Source: Lama guanicoe
Taxonomy: Eukaryota
NCBI GenBank assembly: GCA_013239625.1
Contig: MU054187.1
Coordinates: 10,127,231 to 10,191,230, forward strand
DNA: 64,000 bases
Reading direction: 5' to 3'
Below, piece by piece: positions 39,749 through 54,950 of this stretch; position 1 is the stretch's first letter, and every line of letters begins with the position of its first letter. Under the pieces are notes generated by a model. The model saw only the letters and a list, made by a program, of their open reading frames with translations, was not told the DNA's origin and searched no databases. A program made the translations under genes and the position numbers.

Positions 39749-40849
39749 TTAGAAAATGGGGTGCAGGAGTGGGCAGGAGAGAAGCAAGAAACACAAACTA
39801 ACATGGTTAAATTGATTTTTCTTTCATTTCTATGAACGTAAGATACTATTATGCAATTCATCTAATTTCTCATTTACAAATACCAATACTCCGAAAAATC
39901 CAAGATGAGTTCAGGCCTCCATACATCATAGGAGGTTAGCCTGAATAGGAAATCAGTGCTGCCCGTTTAACTGGGCCTGCACAAATTACGCTTAAGGGCT
40001 GTCTCTATCAGCTGGGGAGAACTAATTCTATGTTGTCCCCCAGAGCAGTTTCGCCTGTTTATATGCTCCATGATTCTGACACTTTCCTTCCGTAACACTC
40101 AACACACTTTTAAATAGTGTCAAAAATTTACTCATTTAACATTCACTCAATATTTACACTGTTCTGGGTGCCTGGGATACAATGGAAAGCAATACAGAAA
40201 GAAAGCTCTGCTCTAACAGAAACTGCATTCAGCCTGGATTCTTTGTTAGACTCTAATGTTCTGTGAAGGCAGGGACTGTGTCTTTCTCGCTGGGCACCTG
40301 ACAGCTAGAATAGTCATACGGCAAGTGTCCAACAAATACTTGTTGAGTAAGTGAATGTCAGAGCAAAAGAAAAGGCTGGACATCTGTACAGGTGTCTGGT
40401 AAGACACCAATACTGATACATCAAGAAGAGGGAGGCAAGACAGAAATAATTCCACAGAACATGCCAGACCAATTTCTATTATATTTTTAGATCAGCTATA
40501 TCCAAACAGGTTTTGTAAAACCCAAAAGGCTTCTTCAGTTATCTTAGGGGTCAGTGAGGGTTCAGTTAAGAAATCCTCAAAACCAAATTTTAATAATTTT
40601 TGAATTAAAAAATTATATAAGTCTCTGAAGGGGAGGAAGGAAAATAAGATTCACTCTAACAATCACAAAGTATTAAGGTTCCAAGGAATCTTGGAAATAA
40701 TGACACTTTCCATAGTAATTTGGCATTCTGAGTCCTTATTATCCCTCCCTGACCCCTAGAGAACTATAACTCTTTCTATAACAAATGGAAAAAGTTTGGT
40801 GATTCTGTGTCACATACTCTGTTTCTGCTGAAAAGGAAAAGACAGCCAA

Positions 40850-43000
40850 GTCAGATCAGGCTAATTTTTGAGGACATTGTCTTGTTTATCCCACAGGAGA
40901 GTCAAGATGAGGAGCTTAGAGCAATTGTGGTTTTCCTCTTATGGGCCTAATTCTGGAGATGCCCCAAAAGCAAGTAGGATACGGATGGAGCTCAGCACTT
41001 AATATAAACACATAGCTGATATCCAAAGAGAGTGGGAAAAATAGACATCTGAGGAACATTGATGTACAACACTGTAAAGGAGAGTTCACAGATTGAGCAA
41101 CAAATTCTAGAGGGAGCAGAAGTAATGAGCCAGAGAAATAAGGATTCACAATAATCCTAGTAAATATTCTCAAGGGCATACAGGAGAGCATTGGAAACAT
41201 TAAATAGGGATAAGAAGTTGTTAAAAAAAAAAAAAAGAACCAGTGAGTTATAGTGGAAATAAAAAACTTAATTCATGGGTTGAATGAATACAGTTGATGA
41301 GTGATTGATGAGATGGAGTAAGTTTTGAAACATTCCCGGAAGGCATTAAAAAGGAACAAAGAATAGGAAAAATGAGAAAAAAAATTAAAGGGTATGAAAA
41401 ATAGAATAATTGTCAACATCTGATTAATAGGGCTTCTAAAAGAGAAAAAAAAGTTAAATATTTGAAGAACTGCTAATTGAAATTTTGCCACAATTAAGGA
41501 AAAATTGAATGGGCTTATTTTGCACCAAAAAAAAAAAAAAAGAAAAGAGAAAAGGGACAATATTAACACTTTGAAACAGTAAAATGAAATTTAAGAAAAG
41601 GAAACAATTCCAGAGAAGCAGGTCGTCTATAAAGGAAGAAAAATTAGATTCACATCTGACGTTTTAAATTGCAGCAGTAGAGTAATATTTTCAAAATACT
41701 TTTGAAAAAGGAAACTTGAATCCACACTGACTATAGTTGAACTCTTACTGAAATGTGAAAGTAAAATAAAGATGTCATAGTTATCGTGGCCTATTTTCAT
41801 TGGTTATTGTTTCATTTTCAATGTTTTACTTTTAGGTATAGCTTTTAAATTTCACATAATACAAAGTACAAAATTTTGAATTTTTAAAAAGATTTTAATT
41901 TTCACAGATTTTTGCCAGTTGCTTGCTAAGATTGTTACTGTTCACACTTCCACAAGCAGTGTGTGAGTACAGTCTCTCCTTAATCCTTGCCCAAGATACC
42001 CTGAAAGTGTATCACCTTTTGATTTTTGCCAGTTTGATGGCAAACATTTCATTTGCCTCCTTTACTGCAAGTATGTTTGAGCGGCGATTCATATGTTGAC
42101 TCTGGACTGGACTCTGCTCTGAATTGCTTCATCATGTCCTTAGCTCATGCTGGTTTCTCCTGGACTGTTTATCTTTTCTTGCCCATGTATAAAAGAGCTT
42201 TGTGTAGATGTTTGTCATCTGCGTTGCATTTTATCCTTGATTTTATAATTTTTCTGTTCAGTTGTTTATGATTACTTCTATCATTTTAGACATTCTAAAT
42301 TTTGTATAATTACGATGTCTTTTCTTTTTGAACAGCTCTTGGGTTTCCTGTCTTGGTTAAGAAAGTTCTCCCTATTCTGAAAGATTTTAGGTAATTTATA
42401 GACTTTCTTCTGAGAACTTTATTTTCTTTTTCCATCTAAGTGTTTAATCCTTCTGGATTTATTTTTATACATATGGAACGTATGGTTATACTTTCAGTTT
42501 TTCTATATTGATAATCAATTCTATCAGCATTATTTATTAAATATTCTATCATTTCTCAGTGAATTGAAATACCACCTTGGTCATATATTAAAGTCTACTG
42601 TATTTGTGAATCTTGGGTTTGTATTCTTGGCTTCTCTGTTCTGCTGATCTATTTGACTAGCTCCATACTGTCACCCTGTCAATCTGTAGTAGCATTAAGT
42701 TATGCCCTAATACCAGGCAAGACAAATTTCCCTTACTATTATTTTTTTTTTAGTTTTATTGGCTTTTCAGGGTCTATTTATTTTTCCATAAAAACTTTAT
42801 GATCATTTGATCAATTCCCCAGAACATAAAGCGAAATGAAAAACTATGTTGAGATTAATTGGAATTGCATTAAATTTATACTGATTTTGGGATGATATTA
42901 CTATATAGAGTCACCCAATCCAAGAACATGTTATGCCATTGCATTTGCTCAGATGGCGTTTCATGTTCTTCAGTACATTTTATCATTTTCTCCTTTAGTA
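40850..43000. mobile_element. Highly degenerate old L1M/HAL1-like remnants (plus-strand A-rich part to about 41780, minus-strand ORF2-like part 41800-43000)
   Basis: Strong A-skew then T-skew, with motifs such as ttggaattgcattaaattta and ccaagaacatg typical of old L1 ORF2. Confidence 0.55.
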
Positions 43001-44071
43001 TATCTTCTTGGTTGTTGTTGTTGCTGTTATTATTATGAATTGGTAACTATTTTTAAAATGGTCTTCTCAGAGTGCGGTGGTAGAAGTCACTTCATGACAC
43101 CACCAGAGTTCCTCCCATCCTCTCCCTTCCTGTCCTCCACCTCCAGCTCCATCCAATATAACTGGGAATTAGTTGCCCAAACTATTTCTTTAAACTTCAT
43201 TTGGGAGGCTTATGTGCTATCAAAATAAAAATGTGACCCATTGAGCAAATTTTACATTAAATATTATATATACATCATTTACATATATAAACAAACATAG
43301 TGTTCTAACTTAAAGATAATATCATATTTGGAATAATGAGTAACAATTCAATTGACATTTCCTTAGAAAATCAGACCCTCTTCTAAATAATATTCTAAGG
43401 TGCTAAAGATAAATTACTTGCTTTGTTACAGTGTCAAAAAAACGCATTTAATTCTTCAGTGTTTTCATTTTTTATTTTCTCTGTACATTGTAACTATTTT
43501 AAGCTACTCCTGAGTTTCATAGAGGCTAAAGACTTGTTTTTCAACTAACATTGGGTAGGAATTGCGTCCTTTATCCTTTATAAGGGAAGAAAAACCAAAC
43601 TTACTGATTTTCTTCTTCAAGATTAAGTAGCAAGAGGGATAAAGATTTGGTACTGAAAACAGGGCCAGCGCAGTGGTTCCTTTTGGAGTGGGGAACAATT
43701 GGGGCTGTAGCTGGAGATGTGGGTGCTAAGTGCCTGGTATCCCTGGCCACATAGCCACAGTGAGACACCTCTGTTACTTGAAGAACTTGCCTTATCCTCA
43801 TTATCCTCACTAGATCTTCTCTGGTTAGGCTTGAGCCCCCCTTATGTAGCTTCTCACAGAGCTTGAAATAGTCTCCTTCCTTGGCTTTTGACACACTGTT
43901 ATTTTTCTTCCAACAAGGCTGTTCTTTCCTTCTCGGTCCTCTTTATGGGTTTCTCTATATCAGTCCCTTAAAAGAAGGAATAGCCAGTTGTTCTGCCCTT
44001 AGTCCATTTTCTCCAGTGATCTCTCTCTTCAGTGAATACGGCTTCTTCAGCTACTACTTGTAGACTGATGC

Positions 44072-45660
44072 TTTCATTCATTCAACTAGTATTTACTATG
44101 TACGTGCCATGTACCACAGGCTGGGATATGACGATGAACAAAGCAAAGGTTTCTGCCTTGTAGAGCTTACATTCTAACAGTGGCCATGATGTTGATGGGG
44201 AGACAATAAGCAACACAGTGAATAAGTAATTACACTGTAGTAGGAAGATGTGGTGGGAAAGAGAAAAATGCAGAGGAGGGTAATAAAGATCAGGAATTCT
44301 GGGGAGATGAGTTGCAATTATAAAGATGGTGATGAGGATTATTCTCAGAAGCTGACTTTTGAGCAGACTTGAAGAACACAGGGAGTTAGCCATAGTTTTA
44401 GGCAGAGGGAACAGCCATTGCAGAGACTCCAAGGCCTGGAGTGTGTGGCCAGTGTGGAGGGAGCCAAGTGTTGAGGAGAAGGTAGAGATTGATGATATCA
44501 GACATCAGTGGGGGCCCAGACCATGTAAAGTTTTATAGGCTGGTTTATGTCCTGTGGGTGAGTAAATTGGGAAGTCACTGTAGCACTTTGAGCTGAGGAT
44601 TGACAACATCTGACTTACAATTCAAAGGCTCATTCTGTCTGAGGAGAGAGACAGACAGTGTGTTGCGGGGGTGGGAGGATGTGTACAAAGGTAGAAACTG
44701 TGAGACTGGTTAGAAGACTCCTACAGTAATTTGGATGGGAGATGGTGGCTTGGACCAAGGTGGTAGTAATCGAGGTGGTCAGGAGTGGTTGGAATCTGGA
44801 GCTATTCTGAAAGTAAAAACAAAAGGATTTCCTAATGGATTAGATGAAGGTATAAAAAAAAGGAGTTCAAGTTTATTCCATGGTTTTAGACTTGAGTGAT
44901 TGGAAGCTTGGAGTTGCCATCAACTGAACTGAGAAATGGAAGAACAGGTCTGGCAGAGTAAAGATTAAGTGTTCAGTTTTGGATATTTTGAGTTTGAGAT
45001 GTCTGTTAGATACCCCTGTCGAGGTGGCAAGTAGGTGTTATACACAGGAGTTTGGGAGAATGTTTTAGGCTGAAGATACACATTTAGGAGTCAGAAGCAT
45101 GTGGTAGAGGATGAGATCGCTAAAGGAATGACCACACATAGAGAGGAGAAAAGGTCTAAGACTGACCCCTGGACATGCCAGTGATCAGCAAAAATAGACT
45201 GAAAAGAAATGACCAAGCAACCAATGAGTTTAGAAGAGAGTTGAATATTCCAGAGGCCAAGTGAAGCTAAACGTAGTGAAAAATAGAGCATGATCCACTT
45301 TGTCAGTGCGGCTTAGGAATCAAGTAAGATGAGGTCAAGATTTGACTGCTGTATTTAGCAGCATGAGGAATGATTTGATGAGAGTATAACACTATGTGTA
45401 GTGAGCTTAGACTACAGGGAGAGGATTAGATACTTCAAAAAGGAACAAAGAAATGGGGCAGTTGCTGGTAGAAGATGTGGAGACAAGAAAAGGATTTTTT
45501 CAGGTAGAAGGATTACCAGCATGTTTTTATACTGAGGGGGAAAAGTCCAGTAGAGAACAAACACCCCACCTAACCAGCCAAAAAGACAACAGAACAAAAG
45601 AGCTGGGGAAATTCCTGGAGCAGTATTCTTGAGTAGGCAAGCAGACATGGGATCTAGCGT
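44072..45660 (-). mobile_element. L2a-like LINE-2, about 1.6 kb, nested in an oppositely oriented L2 (43860-44070 and 45660-46130)
   Basis: Starts ttcattcattcaac (reverse of the L2 tail); gagcttacattcta; gttcagttttggatattttgagtttgagatgtctgttagata. Confidence 0.85.
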
Positions 45661-48077
45661 GAGTCAATGACTTGAATCTCCATCTCTAGCTTCAAACTCA
45701 TGTATACAGTAGCCTTATGCACATCTCCACTTGCTTGTCTCAAGAGGCTCTGGAAGCTCAAGATGTCCTTAGATGAAACCATCTCTCTCTTTCCTACCCA
45801 CCAACTTGACTTTTGCTATGTTTCTTGGTCTGTTTCCCTCATTCTAGTGGCCTAAGTCAGAAACGTAGGTGGAGCAATTCTTGAGGTTTTCTTCTCCCTT
45901 GTCCCTCCATTCAATTGGAGAGCAAACTTGGTTGATCTTGTCTGCTGAATCTATGCCACTTCCAGCCAACAAAGTTCAGGCCCCCATTCATTCCCGTGCA
46001 TTATCAGAAGAGTTCCCTATATTCAGACTGTCCTGCCTTCTCAACAAAGTCATGGTCATCTTCTAAAAACATAAATATGATCTTACTGTTCTGCTGCTTG
46101 AAATCCTTCAGTGGTTGCCTTCCAGATGAAGTTCTGGAATCTTGACTCCAGCTTAAAAGCCATAGAAGTAATGTGATCAAAGTGTTTGAATGGAGCAGTG
46201 ATAGGTACTATAGTTTATCTCGTATGTGTGTTTTCCTGTCTTAAAAAACAATTCGTGAATTTTGTCCTGTTGCTGTACAGATAGGACTGTGATTGCTAAT
46301 TTGCCATTTACTAGATAATTTCACATACTTTCTATGGCTCTGTAAATTTCAAGACTGTATAGTTTCTCCTTCCTTGGAAGTCAGGGTCGTGCTCCCTCCC
46401 TCTGACCAGATGCTTATGGGATAAGGCCCTTCATGTTTTTGGTTGACCTGCTTGAAATTTTAGTTTCTATCGGTCTGCCTCAAACCTTCTACTTGTCCTC
46501 CTACTACACTATTGGTCATTTTCTTGAGGTTCCATGCACTTTGTCTTTATGACTTGGCACATGCTGTTTCTTTTGTCTGAAGCATCTCTTTTCCTCAGTC
46601 TGATCTTACATGTCCTCCAATGCTCCATTCAGTTACCACTTCTCAGCACCTGCTCCAGTGCTCTTAGGCTGGGTCAGGTGCCTGTCCTCTGTGCTCATAA
46701 TACCCTTTACCTGCGTTTGTCATAAAACTTCGTGTCCTGTGTTAAAATTGTAGGCATCCCCATTTCCCTATGTGGTTAAGCATAGCACAGCATTTAACCA
46801 ATATTGGGTATGTAATAAACTAAAAAAATTTTATTTCATAATTATCACACATGAGTTAAACTGCCTTATATTAAGAAGGGCCATGTCTTGATTTAATGCT
46901 GTTTGCCTGAGAAACACATTAGACATTGGAATATTCTATAGCATTTTATGGATTGGCATCCTGCCAATGTTATTTACCACAGATTAAGTATTGATTCAGC
47001 AGCAGAATGGGAATGTCACATTGAGAATTCTTTCTGCTAGTGTTTCTCTCTGATATTTTTTGCTTTTCCTATACCAACCCTGTCTTTAAAAAATAAAATC
47101 TGAATTCTGAATAGTGGGGCCTCTAAGAGGGAAATAAATTAATTCAGGTGGAAAGAAAACCACTAAAGCAATTTAATTTTATTTATAGCCTTTTGGGGGC
47201 ACTATCCAGGCTTTACTAAAATGTGAAGAAACAGCTCACAAATATTATTGAACAGTAAGTCCTTTGGGGATTTTAAGTAGCTGTGCTGGGTATACAATTT
47301 GAAGAGTCCTGTCCAGATGTGGCTTCAGTTACACAGATTCTGATCAGAAATATCGAACGAATAACAGAAGATCAAGAAAGCAGGAAGCTAAAGCACCAGG
47401 ACACAACAAGGAAACAAAAAACACTGAAAAAGAACTTAATACCCAGGAAACAATGATAAATCAGGCTTCTAGGGGAACAGAACAAGAATCGTTAAAACCC
47501 GTCACTCTAGGTTCTAGGAGCATGAGGTTATTAGTTTTCTCTTAGTTTATGGGGGCCAATATATTGTTTCTGTAGCTAAAACAACATTCTCTTTCCCATC
47601 TTTACATGCAGAACTACTGCAGAATATATAACAAGATCTCTGCAGTGCAGAGTCTTGTCAAATAAAGCTGCATACATCTCTGTTCTGAACACTTCAGCAA
47701 TTTAACTTCCATACCATACATCGCCTCTTTAGTTTTTGAGTATTGAGATGCGAAACTCTACAAGGACCTCATAAATCTAGACAGAAGACAAGATGTGGGC
47801 ATATGAGCAATTTAGACAAGCCAATGTAGGATATGATACAATTGTAAAGTGTACATTGCAGACTAAGTACACTCGAGCGTGAGAGAAGAAGGGAACAGGA
47901 AGGTGAGGGGCCCTGATGAAGCTGCAGCAGCAGAGAAACTCAGTGGGACTCAGGGTGGATGAAACTTGAAAAAACATGATTTTACTTAAAAAAAAAAAAA
48001 GTAGTAGCTAGTCACACATTATAAAATTACTTAACTAAAAAATTGGTTTAGTTATCCTGATCAATAACTTTTAATTC

Positions 48078-48422
48078 TTTTTTTTTAATTGGAGTATAGT
48101 CAATTTACAATGTTGTGTTAGTTTCTGGTGTACAGCATAGTGACACACACACAACATACATACATATATTCCTTTTCATGTTCTTTTTCATTATAGGCCA
48201 TTACAAGGCATTGAATATAGTTCCCTGTGCTATACAGTAGGACCTTGTTTTTTTAAAATCTGTTTTATATGTAGTAGTTAGTATCTGTAAATCCCAAACT
48301 CCCAGTTTATCCCTCCACCCCCACCCCTTTGTGCCCTGGTAACCCAAAGTTTGTTTTCTATGTCTATGAATCTGTTTCTGTTTTGTAAATAAGTTCAATT
48401 GTTTCATTTTTAAAGATTTCAC
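48078..48422 (-). mobile_element. L1 3' end
   Basis: Poly-T followed by ggagtatagtcaatttacaatgttgtgttagtttctggtgtacagc...gttccctgtgctatacagtaggacctt. Confidence 0.9.
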
Positions 48423-49650
48423 ATAGAAGCAATGTACTCTTGTAATGGAGGAGAGAAAAGATAAATCGAATGGGTGTGCTTGGAATGAACCACAGGAGGG
48501 TGCCCTCACCATCAGCCGAGTGGGTGGGAGTGGGGAAAAAGTAGGCTGAGAACTGATGGATTAGAGAATGATTGCTATGACTCTTTGCAGCACTGATAGT
48601 TTATGGTTCCAGGCCAGAGGAAAAATTATTTTTCAGTGTGATTACATACTTAAGTTTCCTTAACATCCTTAGATGCCCCAGCCCCAGCCGTCGCTCGTGG
48701 GTCCTGCTCCCTCACCCCTCCCACACTCCTTTGCCTTTGTCTCTCTCCTCCCTTCAGCCTGGGCTGTCCAGCTCCAATCTTGAGACCTGCCAAAGTCCTT
48801 CCACACCTGGAGGGCTCAGCTCAAAAGTCACTTGTCTACAGCTTTCCCATCTCATGCTTGTCAGAATTTCTCTTTCCTCTCCTCTGTGAGGGCTCAGATT
48901 TCACTCGGCCTCAAATCACCGCTGTTGTTGACTCGCTGGGTCTCCCTCACCAGACAGCTGGTTCCCAAGAACAAGAATTCAGTATTCCTATTTGCTTATC
49001 AGTCATAGCAGGGCTCAATAAATGTTTATTGTGTGAATCAGTCTGCCCTATAGCAAGGTCCCTCTTAGTCTATCACATTAAAATTCCTTGTGTTTCACAT
49101 TTTAAGGTCCGTTTTATTGTAAGTTAAGGTTGTAGGAAAAGGTAGGAGATGGCACAAGAGTCTGAACAATGATGTTTTCTAGATTTCTGGCATGTCTGTG
49201 AAATATGTGCAAATAAAATTATACCTGAGAGTAAGACTATGCCTGAGGATGAAAACACATAGAAAGGGAATCAGCAGTTTTAAATCATATTACTGCTCTG
49301 TCTCTCACCGTTGCCCATGATCCATCCCGATCTAGGAGTGATGAACGAGATGCATCAGTGCCATTTTTTGCTGTGGAACTTGCTGGAAGCCCATTCTGGA
49401 ATCTCTCTCTCTGAATTACATAGTCTAAAACGGCATGCTGGAGCCTCACTTTAAGTAGATGCTAGTATAAGAAAACAGTGTGTTCTAATGAAATATGTCA
49501 CGTTCGTTCAAAATTTTTGCTGACATAGTTTGTTTCTCTACCAGATAAAACAAGTTTTTGTAAAAATGTTTTGAATCAAAGTAAAACTTTTTTCTCTCAA
49601 TCTGTTTCCCAGTCAACACCTCTAGAGCAGTATCAAGAAACATGATGGGG

Positions 49651-49793
49651 GCGGGGAGGGTATAGCTCAAGTAGTAGAGCACATGGTTAGCATGCACGAG
49701 GTCCTGGGTTCAATCCCCAGTACCTCCTCCAAGAATAAATAAATAAATAAATAAACCTAATTACTACCCCCCCCCACCAAAAACAAACAAAAA
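49651..49793 (+). mobile_element. Vic-1-like SINE, long-tail type
   Basis: ggggagggtatagctcaagtagtagagc...gggttcaatccccagtacctcc...(aaat)n aaacctaattactaccccccc; degenerate TSD gaaacatgatgggg / gagacataatgggg. Confidence 0.9.
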
Positions 49794-51050
49794 TGAGACA
49801 TAATGGGGAAGGCCAGATCGATAGAGGGCAATCAATGCATTTGGTGTTTGTTGGATTAAATGATGTATAATTAAGTATCCTCCACCCCATTTGGTGGAGC
49901 GGTGAGTGGAGGCAGTGAAGAATGGTGGTGGAAGGAGTGTGATACGATTAGTGTACAGGCCCAAGGGATACTTGTTTTTGGTCCCACTCCCCTATGTTTT
50001 ACTAATATAATAACTAACAACTAAATGGCAAAAACTAACATAAAATGAGGGAAAGTGATTTGAATGGTAGTAGTACATCTGGAGCTCAATTTTAGCTGAA
50101 ATTTTATTTTTAACTTTTTCAGAAAAAAATGCTGACTTATTTTTAATGGTTTTAATTTTTTTGAATGGCCAATGGATGTACATGGCTATGTCAAGTTCTC
50201 CCTCCCTCATCGGTCTAGCCATCCATTTCTTTTCCCCAGAAGCAATCACTGTTACTACTCTCTTGCACTGTTCCAGGGTTTGGGCATTTATAAGCAAAAA
50301 GCCAGAGTTATATTATAATAAATATAAGTTATTATATTTGTGGGAATAAAAACTTCTTTAAAAAACCTGGAGATTTTATGTAATCCTGGAGATTTTTCCG
50401 TATCAACCCATAAAATAGCTACCTAATTCTATTTGTCTATTTCAGTGTATGACTGTAGCCTAATTTACTTAACTAGTCCTTTGTTGATGGACATCTGGGA
50501 TGCTTCTCTTGTTATGATAAAGAATACTGCAATGGTTATCTTTGTATATATGTTATTTTCTATGTATAGCCATAGGATAAGTTCCTAAAATGAGAGTTAC
50601 TTAATTACTCAGTCAAAAGGATGTGCATTTTTTTTGGTAGACATTGCCAAATACCCTTCCACAGTTGTACCCATTCACCTTCTCAAAAGGAATGTATAAT
50701 ATTGCCTATTTTCCTATATCCTTCCAATTTTATTCTTTCTCTCTTAACACACAGGACTGTGGTGAATAATAAAATTATAAGAATAGCAATAGGTCCAAGT
50801 TTTATGGTCAGAAAAGATGTTTTTATTTAAAGTGTCATTTGAACATAGATAGGTAGAGAAAAAACATTTTGGAGAAGAAAATTGAAATCTGTTTCTTTGA
50901 TCTGAAGAAACATTTATTCCAAAGTAGCATCCAAAGAGTACCGGTGTATAGTAGGTACTCAGTAAATTTGTTGAATGACTTCTGTGGCTCTGAGTTTTGC
51001 TAACTTCTCAGTAGTATAAGAGGATGGGCTTATTTAAAGTCTCATAGTGG

Positions 51051-51222
51051 AAAAAAAATTTCTTTTGTATAGCACAAGGAACTACGTTCAATATCTTGTA
51101 ATAACCTTTAATGGAAAAATATGAAAATGAATATATGTATGTATATGCATGACTGGGACAGTGCTATACACCAGAGACTGACACATTGTAATTGACTGTA
51201 CTTCAATTAAAAAAAATATATA
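51051..51222 (+). mobile_element. Short lineage-specific L1 3' end
   Basis: gtatagcacaaggaactacgttcaatatcttgtaataacc...cttcaattaaaaaaa; perfect 16-bp TSD taaagtctcatagtgg at 51035-51050 and 51223-51238. Confidence 0.9.
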
Positions 51223-53118
51223 TAAAGTCTCATAGTGGCAACAAGATCATATATTTAAATGGCACTTATCTCTGAGATTCATTTCAATATATGCATCTTT
51301 AAAAAATCACGTTGCTTGATTGGTCATTTGGCTAATCTATTTGCAGGTTGAATGGGAAAAATAAGTACAGAATATACATTATTTAAGGCAAATTCGTTCC
51401 TTAAAGTAAAATTCTAAAACTAAGTTAAGAAAACATTTAAAAAATGAAAAAACACTAGTCCTCCAATTCTTGCCTTTTTGTATATATTTTCCCCCATGTG
51501 TTAGTGTGTAAATGTGTGTATGTCACACACATATCTGTCATATGTACATAAGGAATCGTTATGTATTTTATAGAATTGTAATCACAGTGAAAAAATAATA
51601 ATATAGCCAGAATCAGACTCAATATTATATAAATTTTATATTTATATGTATACTTATATATATATATTTTATATTTACTATATTTTAAAATAAATTCTAA
51701 TCCATTTTATGGCTTCCTAAAATTTCACCAAATGAATATATACTAATTTATTTAACCATTGCCCTGTTCAACATTTGGCTTGTTTTCAATCTTTCATTAT
51801 AAATAAAAAACCAGCATCCTTTTGTTTCCTTATACTCTGTTTTAAAAATGGAGCACTTACAACAAGGGGAATATGCACAGCCTTAAGGTTCAGCTCTTAC
51901 TTGCTTCTCTTCACTCATGTGTAGTGATCTGATCTATCCCTGAGGCTTCAATTACTCCCTGCGTACTGAGGACCCACAAGCGTGTATGTTCAGACTAGAC
52001 CCTTTTCAGTATCCAAGCCTATATCCAACTACCTATTGAACATCCTTCCCTACAATCCCACAAGCACTGCAGATCCACTGCTCAAAACTAGACTTATATT
52101 TTCCACCAAATCCTCACCTCTTAGTAGCTGCCAAATCTTGGCAAGTGATGCCTCTATCCACCAGTCAGACACTCTAGCCAGAAACGGAACCATCCTAGAC
52201 TCCTGTTTTCCCTCTGAACTTTATCATCTACATCTCACTGGGGCCCAGTGAGTGCTGCTGCTTCCACATTTCTTGTGTGTGCATTTCCCCTCCTTTCTTG
52301 CCACTTCCTCCTAGACGCGGGTCCTACTGTTGGTTACTAACCAGTCCTCTGCCTGACAGTCCTATTCAAATGGCACTCAGATCAGTCATTTTCTTCCCAG
52401 CTTTAAAAGCTCCCAATGATTTTTCCTTTTAAAGGTCCCCAATTATCCAGTGTTGGTAAAGTTTTCCATCAAAATACTCCTCACGGGCAAAGTCAACAAA
52501 GACTGTTAAGTCCATAACTTCTTTGAAATCTTTGTTTTACTTACCTTAAAAATTCATGTGAATTGTCCAGTCTACTCAATTATGTATTTGTGTTTGCTCT
52601 TACATAAAACATTTCTCCTTCTGGAATCTTCAAATGAAATTGATACGCACCAAAGGTGTGCTATGGCTTTTTGTGACTTTCTCTGTGACATGAACCCACA
52701 TACATATAACCTCAGTTCAGTTTGAAAGTCTTGGCTTCTAGAATAAAATCCATAGAGCTCAGCACAGCACTGAACCTCAGCACGCCCTTCATGAACTGTA
52801 CCCTGGGACTTCTCCTGCCTCATCTCTCACCAGTCCTTCCAGTCATCCTGTGTCCCAGCCACGCAGGGCCACCTGCCCTCTTAACAACTCCCCAGTCTGT
52901 TTCATGTTGCAAGAACACACCTGTTTCCCCTACCTGGAATGCCCTCGGGACTCTGAATCCTTGCTCTGTTTAATTTCTGCTCCATGGTTAGTCTACCGAA
53001 TGACAAATGTATTTTTAGTATTCAGACCTGCCAGTATCTCTTCTATGAAGACTTCTGTGACTTTATCAAGTAGAACTGGTTCCTTCTTACTTTATAGTTG
53101 CACTGTACTGTATCCATA

Positions 53119-53613
53119 TAGATCTTCCCAGACTTCAATGGGGTTATGTCCAGATAAACCCATCGTAAGTTGTAAATACCACAAGCTGAAAATGCATTTC
53201 ATACACCTAACCTACCAGGCATCATAGCTTAGCCTAGCCTACCTTGAATGTGCTCAGAATACTTACATCAGCATACGGTTGGGTAAAATCATCAGACACA
53301 CAGCTTACCTTATAGTGTGTTGAATATCTCTCATGTAATTTATTGAATATACTGAAAGTGAAAAACAGAATGGTTGTCTGGGTACAGATTGGTTGTAAGT
53401 GTTACCAGTTTACTTTTGTAATTGTATGGCTGACTGGGACTCACTGTCACTGCCCAGCATCATAAGAGAATATTGTACCGCACATATCATTAGCCTGTGA
53501 AAAGATGAAGATTCAAAATCTGAAGTACATTTTCTACTGAGTCCTTATTGCTTTCACATCATCATGAGGTTGAAAAATTGTATGTTGAACCATCATAAGT
53601 TGGGGACCATCTG
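53119..53613. mobile_element. Tigger5/MER47-family TcMar DNA transposon derivative
   Basis: TIRs (t)agatcttcccagactt / aagttggggaccatctg flanked by TA; internal acctaacctacc...catcatagcttagcctagcctacctt. Confidence 0.85.
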
Positions 53614-54429
53614 TATAGGTATATCTCTAACATTTTGTTTCTTTTTTCTTTCCCTTCCTTCCCCCTCCCTTCTTTCCTCTTTCTCCTTTCTCTTCCTTGT
53701 CTTCACCTACTCCAACCTCTGAGATTTTAAACCCCATGAGGACAGGGAAATGGTTGGATCTGTCTCTGCTTGCCAAGTGCCTAGCCTAGTGTGGCAGGTA
53801 GAATGAATGTGGTACTTTTTTTTTTATTATTTTTTTGGAATGAATGGAAGAATGAATCATGTTTTCAATGTGTGGTAAAATTGCTTTCTGATGCCCCCAG
53901 GGATCCATGTTATCCCAGTTTTACCATTGATTCCAGCTTAGGTTATCACATTAAACATTTCTGAGAATAATTTAATAGATGAAATGTTATCTTGTTTTAT
54001 TTTAATGTTGACTTTTGATTACCAGGAGGTTGCCCATTTTATCATATTGCTGTATTTTCATGAATTATGACTTTTTAAAAATTTCACCTCTTGAGTCTTG
54101 AAGTTTCTCTTCACATTTTATATGGACTCTTAAAATTATTTTTATTATGTAATGTTTGATTCTGAAGTGTTTATGTAAAAATTATAGTAAAGCTTTCCCT
54201 CCTTTGTTTACTGCAAATATTTTTTTCTTGCATGGTTGTTTATCTTTCCTATGGTACCTTAAAAAAATACCAACACGTAGTTCTTTATATAATAAAGATA
54301 TGTTTATGTTTAGAATTCATTGTGGTATATGCCATGGTTGTCTCAAGATGCGAATAATACCCTTAGGTTAGACTTATTATATTTGAAAGCAGTGCTTTCA
54401 AATGGGAAAGTATAATTTGAATCCAAATA

Positions 54430-54950
54430 TCTGCCCTCAACCATCCATTTGGTACAGAGTGGCCAGAATAATTATCTTAAAAAATTTGTTACATCACATA
54501 ACTTCTCAGTTAAAAATTCTCCAGTTATTTCCCATCCCATTTAGAGCAAAATCCGAAGTCCTTCCTAAGATGCTGGACCTACATCATCTTCCCTCTGGCT
54601 ACTTCTCTGACTTCACCTCCTCTCCCCACCTCCTTCCTCTGTCCTCCTTCAGTTCCAGCCACAGCAGCCGTCCTTGCTCTTTCTTAAACACATCAAAGAT
54701 GCTCCCATTCCAAGCCTTTGTACTACTGATCCCTCTGCCTGCTCTTTCCCCAGACCTCCTCCACTCCCAAGTCTCATCAGATGAGATCATCTTCCCTACG
54801 CCACCTAACCCGCCCCCACCTGCCATTCTCTTATTTCCCTGGTAGTAGATCTTTCTTCACAGCATGTATGACAACCTGACTGTTTTGTTTACAGCTGTTT
54901 TCCCCATAACCGTCTCAGAAAATAGTTGTTGCATAAACAAATGAATGAAT
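54430..54950 (+). mobile_element. LINE-2 3' fragment
   Basis: Pyrimidine-rich body ending aaatagttgttg...aatgaatgaat. Confidence 0.6.

Noticed and set aside
54402..54845. 147-aa ORF
   Set aside because: Lies within a pyrimidine-rich L2 fragment.
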